Source of the DNA: Eledone cirrhosa
Lineage: Eukaryota
Length of the DNA: 63,392 bases
Assembly: GCA_964016885.1 (NCBI GenBank)
Contig: CAXHJY010000217.1
Location: forward strand, 1 to 63,392
Reading direction: 5' to 3'
Part shown: positions 59,898 through 63,392 of the stretch, piece by piece
Layout: the number at the start of each line of letters is the position of its first letter
Numbering within the stretch: position 1 is the stretch's first letter
Notes under the pieces: generated by a model
Database searches by the model: none
The model's input: the letters and a program-made list of their open reading frames with translations, nothing else
Told to the model about the DNA's origin: nothing
Program-made: the position numbers and the translations under genes

Positions 59898-60217
59898 TAA
59901 GAGGAATTCCAACTTTGTCTGATTTACTCGTTTTATTTACGATCCTTTAAAATTTATGATGGTATTATAATGAAATAGTATGATAGAATATTAAATGTTA
60001 AGTGTTAATTGAACAAGTACTTTCATGCTTTCGCAATCTTCAGGTTCATAATGTCACCACACATTATGAACCTGAAGATTGCGAAAGCATGAAAGTACTT
60101 GTTCAATTAACACTTAACATTTAATATTCTATCATACTATTTCATTATAATACCATCATAAATTTTAAAGGATCGTAAATAAAACGAGTAAATCAGACAA
60201 AGTTGGAATTCCTCTTA
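59898..60217. repeat. Palindrome: 157-bp arms, 6-nt spacer caccac
   Basis: 59898-60054 is the reverse complement of 60061-60217, no mismatch seen. Confidence 0.97.
60067..60105 (+). ncRNA. Minimal hammerhead-like motif (mirror copy at 60010-60048 on - strand)
   Basis: tgaac-CTGAAGA-t-tgc(gaaa)gca-t-GAAA-gtac-TT^gttca; U-U at the base of stem II and CUU site are suboptimal. Confidence 0.68.
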
Positions 60218-60260
60218 ATATATATGTATATATATATACATATATGTATATGTATATATG

Positions 60261-60291
<31 letters not shown>

Positions 60292-60315
60292 GTATAATAT
60301 GTATATGTGTATAGG

Positions 60316-60346
<31 letters not shown>

Positions 60347-60402
60347 GTATATATATATATGTGTATAGGTATATATATATATGTATATATATATATGTAT
60401 AT

Positions 60403-60523
60403 ATAGGAACCAGTAAGACCCCCGACAGCTGAGCTCAAGCCGTTTCGACGGCTAATTCTGGACGTCCAGAATTAGCCGTCGAAACGGCTTGAGCTCAGCT
60501 GTCGGGGTCTTACTGGTTCCTAT
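60403..60523. repeat. Spacerless palindrome (~60-bp arms, one C indel) centred on gacgtc
   Basis: ataggaaccagtaagacc...ctggac|gtccag...ggtcttactggttcctat. Confidence 0.95.
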
Positions 60524-60874
60524 TACCTACTCTACTACCTCAAGTATTGAGTACTTTGGTGCGTTATGGTCCACCTGGTTCCTTACCACATTTCCTTCGT
60601 TATATGTATATATATGTATGTATATATAAATATGTATATGTGTATATGTATATATATATATATATGTATATGTATATGTATATGTATATATATATATGTA
60701 TATATATATGTATATATATATGTATATATGTATATGTATATATATATGTATATATATATATGTATATATATATATATGTATATATGTATATATGTATATG
60801 TATATATGTAAATGTATATATGTAAATGTATATATGTATATATATATATATGTATATATGTAAATGTATATATG

Positions 60875-60919
<45 letters not shown>

Positions 60920-60970
60920 GTATATATATGTATATGTATATATATATATATGTATATATGTATATATATG

Positions 60971-61001
<31 letters not shown>

Positions 61002-61019
61002 GTATATATATTATATATG

Positions 61020-61050
<31 letters not shown>

Positions 61051-61065
61051 GTATATATATATATG

Positions 61066-61165
<100 letters not shown>

Positions 61166-61170
61166 TGTAC

Positions 61171-61200
<30 letters not shown>

Positions 61201-61202
<2 letters not shown>

Positions 61203-61541
61203 CATCATCATCATTTCATTTTACGTCCGCTTTTCCCTGCTTACAAGGGTGGGACGGGAACTGATTTTGGCTTGATTTCTACAGCTGGATGCCCTTCCTA
61301 ACACCAACCTCATTTACAGTGAGTGCTGGGTGCTTTTTTGCCGTGGCGCCTACACGTCCACTTTGCAGTGGAATGATAGGGACCCCAGTCCCTATCATCT
61401 CATTTCTACAGCTGAGTAAACTGGAGCAATGTGAAATAAAGTCTCTTGCTCAAGGAAACAACACATCACCCGGTCTGAGAATTGAACTCACAACCTTTCG
61501 ATTGCAAGGTCAATGCTCTAACCACTAAGCCATGTGCCTCC
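61201..61541 (-). mobile_element. tRNA-derived SINE with CORE-like domain and RTE-derived 3' tail
   Basis: A box tggcttagtgg, B box gttcaattc, ccttgagcaagagacttt...cagctgtagaaatgag, then RTE 3' UTR motifs and (GAT)n. Confidence 0.85.
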
Positions 61542-61574
<33 letters not shown>

Positions 61575-61588
61575 AATGTATATATATG

Positions 61589-61693
<105 letters not shown>

Positions 61694-61819
61694 ATATATA
61701 TATATGTATATATATATGTATATATATATATATATGTTTCGTTTCTGAATTTGTTTAGCAAGATTCTTTATCTGAAATCGTGTGTTGAAACCGATATTGT
61801 TATACTTTGGGAGGGTCAT

Positions 61820-63392
<1,573 letters not shown>

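Noticed and set aside
61465-61541. Functional tRNA gene (also 41682-41775)
   Set aside because: A/B boxes continue into SINE bodies; cloverleaf incomplete

Overview
Eukaryotic, apparently gene-free repeat landscape. It is most likely a cephalopod (Octopus-like) genome, inferred from the (TA)n/TATG load and the SINE and RTE types. A large share of the window is degenerate (TA)n microsatellite with G interruptions almost only on the + strand, and this produces all the Y/I/M/C/V 'ORFs'. Non-LTR retroelements are inserted into the arrays, usually with ends directly in TA. They comprise at least four RTE-clade LINE families (three with a PHD-like finger inside the RT region, ending in (GAT)n), an RTE/BovB-type LINE with three C-terminal C2H2 fingers, a CR1-group LINE with a Myb/SANT-like + CCCH ORF1 and a probable -1 frameshift into ORF2, a Naiad-like Penelope element in tandem + inverted arrangement, and a second GIY-YIG Penelope fragment. 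Also present are several AT-rich segments carrying minimal hammerhead ribozymes (some in palindromes), tRNA-derived SINEs, a bipartite non-autonomous RTE derivative, MITE/foldback elements and a 5.7-copy 615-bp tandem array of unknown nature. No host gene, rRNA, true tRNA or CRISPR array is supported. All alignments and folds were done by eye; no searches were run.
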